This document shows, piece after piece, positions 1-13,736 of a stretch of 64,000 nucleotides of DNA. How positions within the stretch are numbered: position 1 is the first letter of the stretch; each line of letters starts with the position of its first letter. The notes under the pieces were generated by a model. The model was not told the origin of the DNA and ran no database searches. It saw nothing but the letters and a program-made list of their open reading frames with translations. Source of the DNA: Octopus sinensis (Eukaryota); the NCBI RefSeq assembly GCF_006345805.1, contig NC_043010.1, positions 59,396,001 through 59,460,000 of the forward strand, read 5' to 3'. The position numbers were made by a program, and so were the translations under genes.

Positions 1-65
1 TTGTCTGTCTTTGTTTATCCTCTCCATATTTAGCCCACTTGTGGGCAAAAAAGAAATAATTAAAA

Positions 66-200
66 TGGTTGGCATTAGGAAGGGCATCCAGCTGTAGAAA
101 CCATACAAAACAGACATGGAACCTGGGCAGCTGCCCAGCTCCTGTCAAATATTCCAACCGATGCCAGCATGGATAACAGACATTAAATGATGATGATGAT
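66..200 (+). mobile_element. 3' tail of abundant RTE-related retroposon (ends in (GAT)n)
   Basis: GGCATTAGGAAGGGCATCCAGCTGTAGAAAC...GACATTAAATGATGATGAT; the same tail follows RTE coding sequence at 59700-59850. Confidence 0.75.
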
Positions 201-766
201 CTCACACACACATTTTGAACATTTTACAGTGGTGTTTATTTTTGTATCAGAAAATATTAGTCAGAATTTAAAGAGTGAATAAAATTTCCCCACCCCTATT
301 CCTGACCTATATATAAAATGGAAGCAATGGTAGTGACTTGGTCAAGATGAATATTTAATGTATCTGCAATCAATCTCACATCTATATATTTTTCGTAAAT
401 GGATTTTGGCAAAATTGGTAAACAAACAAATATATATTGTTGTTTGTTTGAAATAATCAATAAATTAGTCAGAGGATTTCTAAGTGACAAAAAAAATTTC
501 TGAAATGCTTAACAGTGAATTATCATAAATATATTCTCATCCCCCTCACAAAATGAACAACACAACAAAACTTGAGGAGGAAGCAGGGTCCAGGAAATAT
601 GGACGTAAATAAAAGGCAAATGACTTATTCAAATTATGACAATATATTCCTTTGGAAAATAGTTCCCCCTATGCACAAATATGTGCACACATATGCATAA
701 TTCATACTCATACACACACACACACATAGATACAGATATACAAATCTATCTGTATCTATCTAGCTA

Positions 767-1115
767 TCATCATCATCATTGTTTAACATCCGCTTTCACA
801 TGCTAGCATGGGTTGGATGATTTGACGGAGGGCTGGCAAGCCAGGAGGCTGTACCAGGCTCCAATCTGATCTGGCAAAGTTTCTACACCTGGATGCCCTT
901 CCTAATGCCAACCACTCCGAGGATGTAGTGGGTGCTTTTATATGTCACTTGCACGAGGGCCAGTCAGGTGGTACTGGCATCAACAATGCTCAAATGGAGC
1001 TTTTTATGTGCCACCAGTACAGGAGCCAGTCCGACGGCTCTGGCAATGACCATGCTCGAATGGTGTTTTTTACATGCCATTGGCATGGGAGCCAGTCAGT
1101 GGCTCTGGCAACAAT
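767..1115 (-). mobile_element. RTE-tail repeat copy with three ~65-bp internal subunits
   Basis: (CAT)n then CGCTTTCACATGCTAGCATGGGTTGG..., then repeated GCCAGTC...CTGGC units; homologous to 36790-37090, 46150-46495, 54556-54880. Confidence 0.75.
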
Positions 1116-1211
1116 CTATTTATATATATATTTATATATATAATATATGTATATTTTCTTATAAGATAATATACATAGATTCATTTAATTATTTTATTGT
1201 TTTTATCTTGT

Positions 1212-1290
1212 ACCTGATGAGTGACAATATTTAAATTGAATTGATTTTAGTGTAATCAGTTTGAAAATATAGCCACGAAACACGTGTAGT
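1212..1290 (+). ncRNA. Type I hammerhead-like motif with long stem II
   Basis: AC-CTGATGA(1214-1220)-GTG...CAC-GAAA(1277-1280)-CACGTG-TA-GT; palindromic stem III, GUA triplet; stem I only 2 bp. Confidence 0.6.
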
Positions 1291-1522
1291 CTATTTACTA
1301 ATTATATAATATTTATTTATTATTTCGTACTTTATTTAGTTCTAGGTAAACGTTTTATCGTATCTTTATTTTTTTCAATATTGTATGATTTAAGTATATC
1401 ATTATTGAATTGCTACATGATGGTTCTTCTCTAATTTATATATATATATTATATATTGTGAAATTTGATTTAGTATTACTAAATTGAATTTTTCCCTGTA
1501 AGTTTGGAATCATATTCCCTAA

Positions 1523-1608
<86 letters not shown>
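1523..1608. repeat. (TAT)n/(TA)n microsatellite
   Basis: direct reading. Confidence 0.95.
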
Positions 1609-1612
<4 letters not shown>

Positions 1613-1729
1613 ATAAAACTGCTCTCAACTTAACTCTAACAAAATGATGCAGGTAACCAACAATGTATTAAACTTCATTTTCCTTCTGATGATTTAGTAT
1701 TATAAGGTTATTATGCAATCGTCTATATA

Positions 1730-2565
1730 ACAGGTGCAGTTCGATTTTAACAGTTATTTTTTCAAAGCTATAACGGAAGTGACAAAGGAGCATATTCAGC
1801 AACAGAAAGTGCAAGAAATATTACCACAGTATATGGGGATCGGACAATAAGTGTAAGCCAGTGTTAAAGGTGATTCCAGAAATTCCAAGTCGGAAACTAC
1901 ATCCTAGAAGATGAGCCCCATCTTAGAAGATTTGTAGAGCTCGACAAGGACATCCTGCAAACCTTGATGGAACCAAATCCCATCGTAACTGTTGAGAACT
2001 AGCAGAGAAGCTTGGATTTGGTCATCCAACCATTCATTGACACCTATGTTCCATTAGAAAAGTCAGCAAGTTGGGTTAATGAGTTCTTTATAAACTTTCT
2101 GAGTCTAATTGCTGTCACATGTTACTAATGAACCCTTTCTGGACTGAATAGGGATGAGAAATGGATTCTCTATAAAAATGTCAAGTGCCAAAGACAGTGG
2201 GTAGGGAAAGGAGAAGCAACAGCACCCCAGGCTAAAGAAGGTCTTCGCCCACTTAAGGTGTTGTTATCTGTTTGGTGGGATATGAAAGATCAACTGTGAA
2301 CAGCTTAAGTCAGAAAGGAATTGACTGTCTTTGGTTTCAAGACACAAGATGTCCTTCCATCAGGATAATGCACAGTCACATGCAGCAAGGATGACATTCC
2401 AAAGGCTGGAGCAGTTTGAATGGGAAACAATGCCCCGCCTGATATATTTGCTGGACATAGCCCCATCTGATTGTCATTTAGTCTGCAATCTTCAAAATCC
2501 TTTGGACAGAAAATGTATGAATTCTGTAGCTGAGGTCAGAACAGTACTAGAGGAGTATTTTTACT
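1730..2565 (+). mobile_element. Decayed mariner transposase
   Basis: Frameshifted motifs LEDEP, ELAEKLG, GDEKW-like, KVLLSVWWDMK, FHQDNA, DIAPSDCHL (ORF 2331-2711 N-terminal half). Confidence 0.85.
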
Positions 2566-4450
2566 TATACCACTTATTAAAGGTGACTTGGCAGAAAGAA
2601 AAGCATTTACAGCAACAGATTGACTCCTACTGTGCAGGAAGCCAAAGAGTCATTTTTTGGAGTTTTCCTGCAATACCAAGACCCCTTAACTTAAGACAGA
2701 TGATTCCATGATCAATCTTGTCAAATGCTTTAGCCAAATCAAGGTATATGCAAGGGATTATTGAGAACAGTGTTATGCTGCTGGAATAGTTGTGACAGGC
2801 AACTTTGTCCAGTCTGAAAACCATGTTGTGTTTCATCAAAGAGGCTGCTTTCTTCAAGATATGTAATTATTTTTTTAACAGACAATTCAGTCGATAATTT
2901 TAGACATGTGAGATGTGAAAGAAACAGAATCTGTAGTTTTAAGCTTCAGCCCTACATACCTCCCTTCTGTAATGCATGTTACTATTGCTATACCATGCAG
3001 CTTTTCAAGTAGTATCTTTAAGGGTTTTGCAAGGCTGTTCATGCACGTTTTTAACAGAATGCTGAGTTTGAATCTGGTTCATTAATAGCCGTAAGTAGAT
3101 CATCTTTCATAATATCATTAATTTTTAGATGTGTCTCTGCAGTTGGGTTCTGGGGATCAAACATGTGTACTATTTTGTTAAGCATAGGTTGGGAAAATGC
3201 ACTGTTATACTGATGACTCAACAGTGTGCGTATTTGTGATGAATTATTGCTATGTAGTCAAGGCACATGGCTTAGTGGTTAGGGCATTCAGCTCACGGTT
3301 GTAAGGTCGTGAGTTCAATTCCCAGCGATACGATGTGTCCTTTATTTCACGTTGCTCCAGTCCACTCAGCTGGCAAAAGTGAGTAGTACCCGTATTTCCA
3401 AGGGCCAGCCTTGTCACACTCTGTGTCATGGCTGAATCTCCCTGAGAACTACGATAAGGGTGCACATGTCTGTGGAGTGTTCAGCCACTTGCATGTTTAT
3501 ATTTCACGAGCAAGCTGTTCCTTTGATCATATCAGCTGGGACCCTCGTCATCGTAACCAATGGAGTGATCCTTATTGCTATATGATCCAGTTTGATCTAT
3601 TCAAGAGTCAGTCTGGTTATGTGGGGTTGATTTTTCTTTAGCAAAGTGAAAAAACAACTTAGGAATAGATTTTATATTTTCCGTTGCTCAGTGTTCCCTT
3701 AACAAAATTTCTTTTCCATGAGATATTGTTTTGGGTCCAGTTCAATGTTCTTTTATTTTCATATATTTTTTTCTTTATTTCATCAGTTGAAAGTGTTTGA
3801 TATTTTAGCTGCTTTGTTAGTTTGCTTTTGTTATGCATTAGTAGCCATCTATCTCACGGAATCAAGTCCTAGTAGGTAGAAGTGGGTTAATACAGGGCAT
3901 GCTTTCAACTGGCATGCCCCATATAAACATGCCTGGCTGATTAGCTCTTTCTACAGAAACTGCATTCAGGGAGACTTTTGAGTTCTGGACCAGCATTGCT
4001 ACTGTAAGGGATGTTTCTACTGTGGATTTGGTGGTGGCTTGGAGTCATGCTTTTAATAGGGATCAAGTTCCTGGAAGAAGAGGGAAGGCACAGTCATGCT
4101 GTAGACGTAACTTTTCCAGTTGGGAACAGCAGCAGATTTTAGGATTCCAAGTTACACACGTAGAAGCTATTAAGTGTGATTTAGTATTTAGTGGTGGTGG
4201 TGGTGGTGGTGGTGGTGTAAGATGTGTGCTTTGGTGTTGGCTTGTGTTGCTTATATGAATTGTGTCCCAGGTAAATGGGTGAAGTTGCGGTCACTGCATA
4301 GTCTCTTGGGTTGAAAATAGCAGCATATTTTGGGTGTTCATAAATTTTGTTTTATTTACGGTTGCCAGATTTATCGTGGAACTGTGAGGTGTACATTGGG
4401 ATTGAGGTGGACAGTAAGGGGAAGACAGTAGTGATTCTTCACTAATTATA
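2566..4450 (-). mobile_element. Highly decayed CR1/L2-type LINE, interrupted by a SINE at 3260-3570
   Basis: YLDLAKAFDKIDHG RT motif (ORF 2627-2857); extent beyond ~3240 is tentative. Confidence 0.6.
3260..3570 (+). mobile_element. tRNA-headed SINE family C
   Basis: A-box TGGCTTAGTGG, B-box GAGTTCAATTCCC, core TTTATTTCACGTTGCTCCAGTCCACTCAGCTG; TTATTGCTAT on both flanks. Confidence 0.8.
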
Positions 4451-4889
4451 GTAGTAGCAGTAGCAGCAGCAGCAGACCACCTTTGTTGATTGTAAGCATG
4501 TTGTGTAGCCATGAGTCTGTGCAACAGTATAACATTGATATGTGGATGTGGAGGCAAAGAATACATGAATGTGTCTGAGTGGATGTGTTCAAATGGATGA
4601 AATGTGAGATCAGTGTACTTATAAAGAAGCAGGAAAAATTTACTGTATACTCACAGGTCTGTGATGATAGAGACATGAAGGTTGTCGATAAAACTGCATC
4701 TATTATCTTTTGTTTCGCTTTTACTTGTTTCAGTTATTTGACTGTGGTCATGCTGGGGCACCACCTTGAAGGGTTTTAGTGAAACAAATCAAACTCAGGA
4801 CTTGTATGTTTTATAGCCTGGTACTTATGTTATGTTATGGGGGGCATAAACACAGCAACTCCAGTTGTAAAGCAGTGGTGAGGGACAAA

Positions 4890-5390
4890 CACAGATGCAA
4901 AGGATGCATATGAAAGGGGACAGTTGCATCAAGATGTGTCGATCTTTAATTGTAGAGGAAACATGTCGAAGGGGTAGACCCAGGAAGATGTGGAACGAAG
5001 TAATGGGAAAGGGACTACAAATGTCAGGAGTCACAGAGGGATTGACAGGGGGCTGAGACTCCTAGCAGTTTGCTGTGCTTGAAAAGACGTGCCAAGCTAA
5101 GTAAAAAGCATGCAAGTTCATCCCTTGCAGCCCTCTGCAGCTGAGCCTCCCTAATCTTGCTGGCTCATAAGTGCTGGTGCCACATAAAAAGCACCCATAC
5201 CAGTGCTGCGTAAAAGCACCCTGTACACTCTGTAAAGTGGTTGGTGTTAGGAAGGGCTTCCAGCCATAGAAACCATGCCAAACCAAAACAGATATGGAGA
5301 ATGAACAGCCCTTTAGCTAGTCAGCTTCTGTCAAACCATCCAACCCATGCCAGCATGGAACGTGGACATTAAATGATGATATATATATAT
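4890..5390 (+). mobile_element. RTE LINE 3' fragment with tail
   Basis: RRGRPRKMW motif, then the shared 3' tail ending GGACATTAAATGATGAT. Confidence 0.75.
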
Positions 5391-6399
5391 ATATATATAT
5401 ATATAAGGCAAATAAGAAAATGGAGAGGATATAAAACCGACAACCATCAGTCAGTATCTGTTCACTCATCTATTATTATTCATCCATCTCTCTCCATATG
5501 TCTGTTTGCATATTTATTGGCAAATCTCATTCGTTTATTTGTACCACTTAGACACATGTTTGTTAACATTTAATAAATAGATATAATGGAATGTTTACTG
5601 GCTGATGTTTGTTGATTTTGTAGTTGCACCTGCAATGGAGTTGTCACAATCAAACTTTCACAACAAATATTCTTGCAGACATTACTTTACACAAATACTC
5701 TAATATAAAGCAGATGAAATTTACACGTTTTATATATATTCTTTGGTAAAACAAAACATTTACGAACAGTATATTATGCAGCCAGGCTTGCCAGTATAGA
5801 AATTGGATGGCTATAAAAGGAAGATCACAATGATGAAATTAGGAAGGATTCATATAAAATTTAGCAAATTTGATAAATCTGTTAAAATTTCTCTAGATGT
5901 TGCCCTGTGACATCTACTTCCAGGGAGAACCACTTGGTGAATTTGTCTTCTGCTGCTGCTGCTGTTGATGATGATGATGATGATGATGACAATGACAACG
6001 TCAGTGGCAACAACAATGACAGCAACCACAACAACAGCAATGATGATGTTCAGTCTCTAGTCAATCTCAGTCTTGTCAATCTTGTCTTTTTAAGAACACG
6101 TTAGCTAATGTATTTTCTCTTATTTAAGATGGCAGGGTGGGATTTGAGGGGGATTTAGGTACTATTTCTAACAGAACAATCACATGAGGCTCACTCAGGT
6201 AGAAACATGTGACTGAGCTGGAGAATCCGTACCCAAAAAAGTTTACAAGGCAGCACATGAAGGGGACTGGGTCAACTGCAACTTTTAGGTTGAAACAATG
6301 CAAATTGCTACAGTCTTTGCTCTCTTAATGAACCTGTTCCATTGACCACGTTTGTGCTTATTCGAAGATGGCTGCTTTTAATAATAATAATAATAATAA

Positions 6400-6835
6400 T
6401 AATAAAATTATTGTATACAGTGCTCAGGTGCACCACAACTTGTCAAAAAGTGCGTATAAAGTATATGCAGTAATGTACAAATGTCTGGGAAGTGAACAGT
6501 GTATGAGTCAGATACATGCTTGCCATGTGTATGGAGGGGAGAAAATCAGGTGTAGTGTTGGCAAATCTCAGGAAGCATGGAAGTTTTGAAGGATGCAGTG
6601 CTCCGACAACTAACAATTGATGCTGGCAGTTTGTTCCACGCTTCAGCAACTCTCAGCATGAAAAAAATGTTTCCGAAAGTCATGGGAGCTGTGCTGTTTT
6701 CTGAATTTGTAAACATGTCCACAGGTGTTAGACAGGTGGAGTTTGAGAAGGTGCTCAGAGTTATTGTTTGTAAGATGGTTAATAATTTTATGGGTGTCTG
6801 CCAAGTCAGCTGCCAGACGTCGGAGTTTCAATGTT
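6400..6835 (-). mobile_element. CR1-type LINE 3' end
   Basis: LKLRRLAADL...RKHFF C-terminus; tail GTGCACCTGAGCACTGTATACAAT plus (ATT)n; matches 47660-48565 and 53007-53400. Confidence 0.85.
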
Positions 6836-8999
6836 ATCCATCAAAAACAAGTACAAATTAATTAGTCATCTAATGAGGATCTTTAAATATTCTTTTCTAC
6901 TCGAAACACAAGACCTGAAATTTTGGAGGAGGGGGGCAGTTGATTAGATTGATCCCAGTATGCAACTGGTACTTAATTTATCGACCTTGAAAGGATGAAA
7001 GGCAAAGTCGTCCTCAGCAGAATTTAGCAATGAAAAAGTGCAATAAAATAATCTAGAAAGGAAGGGAGTCATTTTACTCACTGCAAAATATGGTTAAATC
7101 CATAATTAGATGACACTCTCAAATCAAATTATCTTGAAAGATTCCATTCTTGATAAAGTCCTATCATAGTAACATTGTGCAAATGAACCTAATCTTTAGA
7201 AGACTCTACTACTATTTCTACCCTACTAATGAAGCCCAAGCAATTCATTCTACCTTGCATCACCAACATTTCTAAACCTATCGAAACTGATTGGACAGCA
7301 AACCTGATTGAATATCCTGCTACTGTTACAATGCATGCTTTTAGCTAAACACTACATGACTAGGTCTGGTCAACTGAGACCAATCTGTGGTTACACACAA
7401 ACAAGAACACTGAATAACAGATTGTTTAACATAATCCAAGACAACAGTGGAGTATGGTACATTCAGCGTTCTGAATCAGAATTTGCTCCCAAAGAATGAG
7501 TCAGCAACCTTCATATTCTGCATCTGAACAAAACTGATGCAACAACAACTTCACTTGTAGCTTTTACTTGTTCCCTAAAGGATCTAAAAACAGGAGAAAG
7601 AAGCAAGGTTTTTGGAGATAAAACATAATTTGTTCAAAATTCATTATTGTATATAAATAGTGTAAGAGCATATTTGATAATTAAGTTATTCACTCTTTGG
7701 TAAAACTTAACAATTAGTATTTTCTGCAAGATTTCAAATCCAGTAATTTAGAATGCTTTTATCAATAACTGAAATATAGAATTAACTAATTAATACAATT
7801 AGGGTTGATGCAATATACGCTTTCTTTCTTTTTTTTTTTCAGTGAAAAGGAATATATTTTACAAAAAAAAAAAAGAAGAAAAAAAACATTAATGCAACTC
7901 TAAGTGCCTCAATTGATCACACAACATATAATTCCTGATTAATTCACCCACAAACAAATTAACTGCTAAATAGTTTTCTTTTCAAAAAAGCACAACTCCA
8001 CCCCTACTAATCATTATTCAATTAAAAATATTAAGATTCAAGACAATATTTTTAGAGACAGTATTTAAACTCAGATATGGTGGGGACACAATAAAAGAGA
8101 TATTATAAAACATCTAGTCTGCCTCCCTATTATCTTTATCTTATATGCAATTCTATCTTTTGCTAAAGAATCCTTACCAAAATAGAGAAGTAAAAATTTT
8201 AATAATTTCAACAAAACTAAAATTTAGATCTAAATAATGTTCTGAATTACAAATCAATACCAAAATAAGACACAATTTTTTTTTTATTCAAAAGTAATGA
8301 AACTGAAATTTAGAAAAATTAAAATAAAACTTTTATGTGATTGACGTATTTTTATATTTAGTAGCTCCAGAAAGAATCAAGTAGAAAGTGTTGATATGCA
8401 GACCAAAGAACTAAGTGGTAGACGCAAGCTTTGCAAGCATTGCTTAAATTTCCTAAAATGCTGCATATCGTAAATGGAGGAAGCACCATACAAGAGTAAC
8501 GCTGTTCCAGATGGCAGTCACATGTGAGACTGCCATTTCTGGGGTAATTGCTGGGGTAATTACATAAAAATAATTTCTTGATGGCAAAATAAAATAAAAT
8601 TATTTTTATGAGAATAGAATATTTACATAATAGCATTTGATTAATTGAATATGTGACTAATAATGCAGATTATACTAAAAAAAAAATTAACAATAGAGTT
8701 TAATGAAACATTTCAATAAAAATTAATGAACTAATCAAATGTCAGACATTCCGGTTTTTTAAATGCAAATCTAAAAAATTATCTAAAGACAAAATTATAT
8801 GAATTTGATTGCACACACTTGTGATGATTTTCCTAAGTGTTAAGCAACAGGGTGGGTAGGGTGACATAATAATAAATGTTTATAACAAGTAAATCTAATT
8901 TATTTTTTTTGTAGCACTTAAATTGATATACACAAACCTTACAGCTATAATTGTCAAAATCAAAACTACATTGTTAATGCTTCACATGAGGAGAAAGAA

Positions 9000-9300
9000 A
9001 AAAAGAAAGGAAGATAAAAGAAAGGAAGGAAGGAAGGAAGAGAGTGAGAGAGAGAGAGAAGAGTGATTGAAAGAAAATCAAGACAGAGTGGTGGGAAGAA
9101 GAAGAAGGAGCCGAAAGAAAGTGAGTGGCAAGTGAAACCTTAGCATAGCAGCAGGTTGGCTGCCTGACTTCTATTTCCAGTCCATCAACATAAAATCATT
9201 GTCACACTACTACAGCAGCAGCAGTCAGATTGGATCTCTTTTATCATGACACATTCCTACAGTTACAGTTGAAGTAACAATGGATATCATAATAACAGCG
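9000..9300 (+). promoter_or_regulatory. Candidate promoter / first (5' UTR) exon of the protocadherin
   Basis: GA-rich tract followed by unique sequence inside a ~3.5 kb TE-poor block; possible donor GCG|GTATTT at 9300/9301; the acceptor at 22393 needs an upstream exon. Confidence 0.25.
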
Positions 9301-11867
9301 GTATTTACTTATTTTCTTTATTCTAACAATTTCTTGCCTTTTTCTATCAACTCATTCATCTCGTTGTCTTTATTTGCAATTGATAATCCAATATTTTTCA
9401 AATTTTCATTGGCATATCAATGTTTATAATATAATGCATCCAATTTGATATTGTAAATGGAAAAAGAGAATTTTTGTTTATTCAAAATATATAAATTCAC
9501 TCTATTTCACCCAATATTTTATTGCAAATAATACAAGCCATTCTATGGAATATGTTTGCTGCAGTTTTCACCCAAATTGTTTTTAGAATGTAGCAACTAC
9601 ACTACAATAATATTGGTACGGCTACTCTTTACAATAGATTTTAAGAAATGCAGAACTACAGGTGGCAAAGAAATATAGAGTGAATATCTACAGAATTACA
9701 ACCTGCAAGAAATATGCTGCCAAAATCATCAAGTATCAAATTATTTAAATTTATATCACTCATAGATATTAAGCATCTTGCGTGCTGCTGTTGAGAATTA
9801 CATTAAAAAATTAATAGTAATAATAATAATAAAATTATAACTTGCTGAGCCTCAAATGAAATATGGCAGACTTACAGAGTTTGGCTTCTGCTAATTCTTT
9901 GAATTTTTCAATCATATGTAAATATAATTTCATCAAAGTATAAAACAGTAATAAAAAAAAAATAGTTGTGTAATAATATTGGAGAAGTGGGTTATATATG
10001 AATACTGTTTGATTGGTTTGCAATAGAGATTTCAGTGATTTTTGGTTTTTCATTTGTGCTTCGTCTGCTTATAGCATATGTGTGTGTGTGTATGAATATA
10101 TATATATGTATGTACATATGTATGCATGCAAAGCTGTGTATATCTAACATTTTCAAATAAAATAATAAAGAAATTGTATTAAATTCATTGATAGTTAACT
10201 TTAGAATGACCAACAGGTACATGCTTTCATTTATACTCAGTGCAGTATAGCAGTACAAATAAGGTAGAATAACAAGATACAGGTTCAATTCCACTGGAGG
10301 GTCATATTTGCATCCTCTTTCATAAACTCTTCCCAGCCATACCAACACTGTTTAAATGTAATTAAAAGAACAGATGTATGCAATAATTAGATTAGATATG
10401 CAAGTTCTGGAAATTTACTTGTAAGGTAATTTAAAAAAGCAAAACAGAATGCTTCCATTGCAAGTTCCAGCTTTTTCCGATACAACTGCTAGTTTTTCTC
10501 AATGGATATCTAATCAACAAAAAGTCTTATTCTCCAGGCTTAATTTGTAACTTGACAGCAAGTTTACAACATTTACTATAATAATTAGTTTTTATGATAA
10601 TTCAGTAACAACAACATCAATAATAATTGTTTCTAATTTAGACTCTAGGCTAGCAATGTTAAGGGAATGGGGTAGATCAAGGCCCTTGACCCCCCCCCCC
10701 CGTACTTAATGGTTACATTATTCTGTCAACTCTGGCAAAGCTAACTTCAGTAGAATTTGAAAACATATAAAGAGCCAGGACAACACCACTAGGTATTTTG
10801 TTCAATGCTTAAGGATTTTACCTACATACCATCCTAATTATTGATCCCAGGGATTGTACTTTATTAGTCTAAAAAATGAGGACAAAATTGCCCCCAGTGA
10901 GATATGAGCACAGAGAGCCAAAATATATTCCACAAGATTTTCTATCCAACATTCTAACAACCCAGCAAACTTGCCATATCAATAATAAAAAAAATTTAAG
11001 CTGAGTTTTAAGGGGAAGGAGTCAGTTGATTAAATCAACCCCAGTACATAACTGGTATTTTATTTACTACCACTGGAAGAATAAAAGATAAGGTTGACTT
11101 CAACAGAATTTGAACTCGGACCATAAAAAGCCATAAATACCAAAAGACTTTTTGCTTGACATTTTTATGATTCAGCCAAATGATAATGGTAACAGTAATA
11201 ATTGTTTCTGATTTACACACAAGGCCAGCAACTTTGAGGGGATGGGGTTAGTTAATATCATTGTTCCCAGCACACAATATTTTCTTTTACCAAACAGCAT
11301 TGACCTCAGCAGGATGGGAACTAAGAACACAACCAGAATAAACATCACCATCCTCTAATGATTCTGCTAATTCACAGCACTATCAATCACTCCACCAAAA
11401 GATGATGATAATGATGATGAGGGAGAGGAGGAGGAGCCTTTCTACTATAGGGACAAATTTAGTGGGAGTGGGGGATAGTCAGTTTTATCAACCCCCCAGT
11501 GTTCAACTGGTACTTATTTCACTGACCCTGAAAGGATGAAGGGCAAAGACGACCTTGGTGGAATTAGAACTCAGAATGTAGAGAGGAGAGAAATGCTGCC
11601 AAACATTTTGTCCAGTGTGTTAACAATTCTGCCTGAATAACAATAATAAGGAGTTCAAATCTTGGCACAAGGCCAACAATGTTACAAGAGGGGATAAGTC
11701 AATTACATCGACCCCAGTGTTCAACTGGTATTCGTTTTGTTGACCCCAAAAGGATGAAAGGCAAAACCAACTTCAGTGGAGTTTGAACCCAGAACATGAA
11801 AGCAGATGAAATGCCACTAAGCATTTTGACCTGAGGGCTGATGGATCTTCCAGCTTGCCACCATATT

Positions 11868-11979
11868 AATAATAATAATAATAATGATAAAAATGATAAT
11901 AACAACAATAAATATAATGATAATAATGATAATAATAATGATGATGATGATAATGATGATGATAATAATAATAATAATA

Positions 11980-12016
<37 letters not shown>

Positions 12017-12163
12017 TAAAAATGATAATAAAAACAATAAATATAATAATAATAATAATAATAATGATGATGATGATAATGATGATAATAATAATGATGA
12101 TGATAATGAAAATGATGATAATGAAAATGATGATGATAATAATAATAATAATAATAATAGTAA
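11868..12163. repeat. Compound (AAT)/(GAT) microsatellite
   Basis: direct reading; source of the poly-N/I/Y ORFs. Confidence 0.95.
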
Positions 12164-13272
12164 TCAGGTGTTGGTAAGAATGTCAAATTGGAAGGAGCCA
12201 GGACCAGATTTAGTTCAAGGGTACTGGTTAAAGAAAGTTAGTAGCTTACATGGGAGATTGAGGGAACAAGTTCCGGATTGCTTGAATGGAGGAGTTGTAC
12301 CTAATTGGCTGACTAGAGACTGAACATTACTATTTATGTAAGGCAAATGCCAGCGTAATATAGCTGATAATTATAGACCAATTACTTGCTTACCATTGGT
12401 GTGGAAGCTGTTAACAGGAATGCTCTCAGAAAGCATTTATGAGCATCTTGACAGCCAGAATTTACTTCCAGAAGAACAGGTTGCAAGGAAGAATTCTGCA
12501 AGAACACATGATTTATTATACATAGACAAAGCAGTCCTAAAAGAAGTGAAAACTAGAAGGAACAATTAATAATAGCATGGATAGATTCTAAGAAAGCCTA
12601 TGACATGATTCCACACTCACGGATAAGTGACTGATTGGGAAAATTCAGTATTGCAGACAACATATGAAAGTTAATTAGCTATAGTTTAGAAATGGAAATT
12701 AGATCCCTTCTCAGATCCCTTAGGGAAAGTTAATATCAAGAGAAGAATTTTCCAAGGAAACTCATTATCCCCTTTAATATTTGTGTTAGGAAGGGTTGGC
12801 ATTTGGAAGGGCATCCAGCCATAGAAACCATACCAAATCAGACTGGAATTTGATGCAGCCTTACAGCTTGCCAGCCCTGGTCAAACGGTCCAACCCATGC
12901 CAACATGGACAACGGACATTAAATGATGATGATGATGATGTTGATTAATCACCCTCAATATAGTATTAAAAATGGCAAAGGCAGGGCATCAGTTTAGAGA
13001 TAGTAAAGGGAAAATTAACCTTTTGCTCCACATGGATGATCTGAAGATTTTTAGTAAGAATAAGAAAGAGACAGATTACTTAATACAAACTGTCTCTTCA
13101 GCAAAGATAGAATGTGGCGTAGATAAGTGTGCAATATTAGTCACAAAAAAAAGGGACTGGCAGTCAGTAGTGAAGGCATTCAATTACCAGATGGCCAGAC
13201 ATTGTAATCGCTGAGAGAAGAAAAAAGTTATAGGTTTCTAAGAGTATTAGAATCTGACCGAGTACTAACTAT

Positions 13273-13430
13273 AGACATTACATTTAATGGATATTTGTCC
13301 TCATCTTGTTTATTGTTAACACAACAATTTGGCTGATATACCCTCCAGCCTTTATCGGGTGTCTTGGGGAAATATCGAACCTGGGTTCTCATTCCTAAGG
13401 TATTTTTCAATGTTATTGTTATTATTATTA

Positions 13431-13485
<55 letters not shown>

Positions 13486-13509
13486 TGTCACTGACTGGAA
13501 TTGAACTCG

Positions 13510-13556
<47 letters not shown>

Positions 13557-13736
13557 TTAAAAAATACCTTAGGAATGAGAACCCAGGTTCGAAATTTCCC
13601 CAAGACACCTGATGAAGGCTGGAGGGTATATCAGCCAAAACATTGTGTTAACAACAAACAAGATGAGGACAAATATCCATCAAAAGTAAATAATGTAAAT
13701 AATGTACATGATTCCTCATCTCTTAAATATAGGACT
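13273..13736. mobile_element. Head-to-head pair of a hammerhead-bearing short element (family H1), inserted in the R4-like LINE
   Basis: ~13275-13412 is the reverse complement of ~13553-13690; TSD GTACTAACTAT at 13262-13272 and 13737-13747; removal restores the LINE frame LESDRVLTIEMKEK. Confidence 0.85.
13604..13649 (+). ncRNA. Decayed minimal hammerhead (H1)
   Basis: GACAC-CTGATGA-A-GGCTG(gagggtatat)CAGCC-AAAA-CATT-GTGTT; two CpG-type changes away from GAAA-CGTT. Confidence 0.65.

Noticed and set aside
930-1115. Regularly spaced repeats resembling a CRISPR array
   Set aside because: Whole units are homologous (no unique spacers), the context is a eukaryotic retroposon tail, and there are no cas genes.
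3260-3335. tRNA gene (also heads at 40231, 57612, 63715)
   Set aside because: A/B boxes continue into SINE bodies, and I could not fold a complete cloverleaf.
11699-12323. Long poly-N/I/Y/L ORFs
   Set aside because: Translations of (AAT)/(GAT) microsatellites; only the last ~50 codons are LINE-derived.
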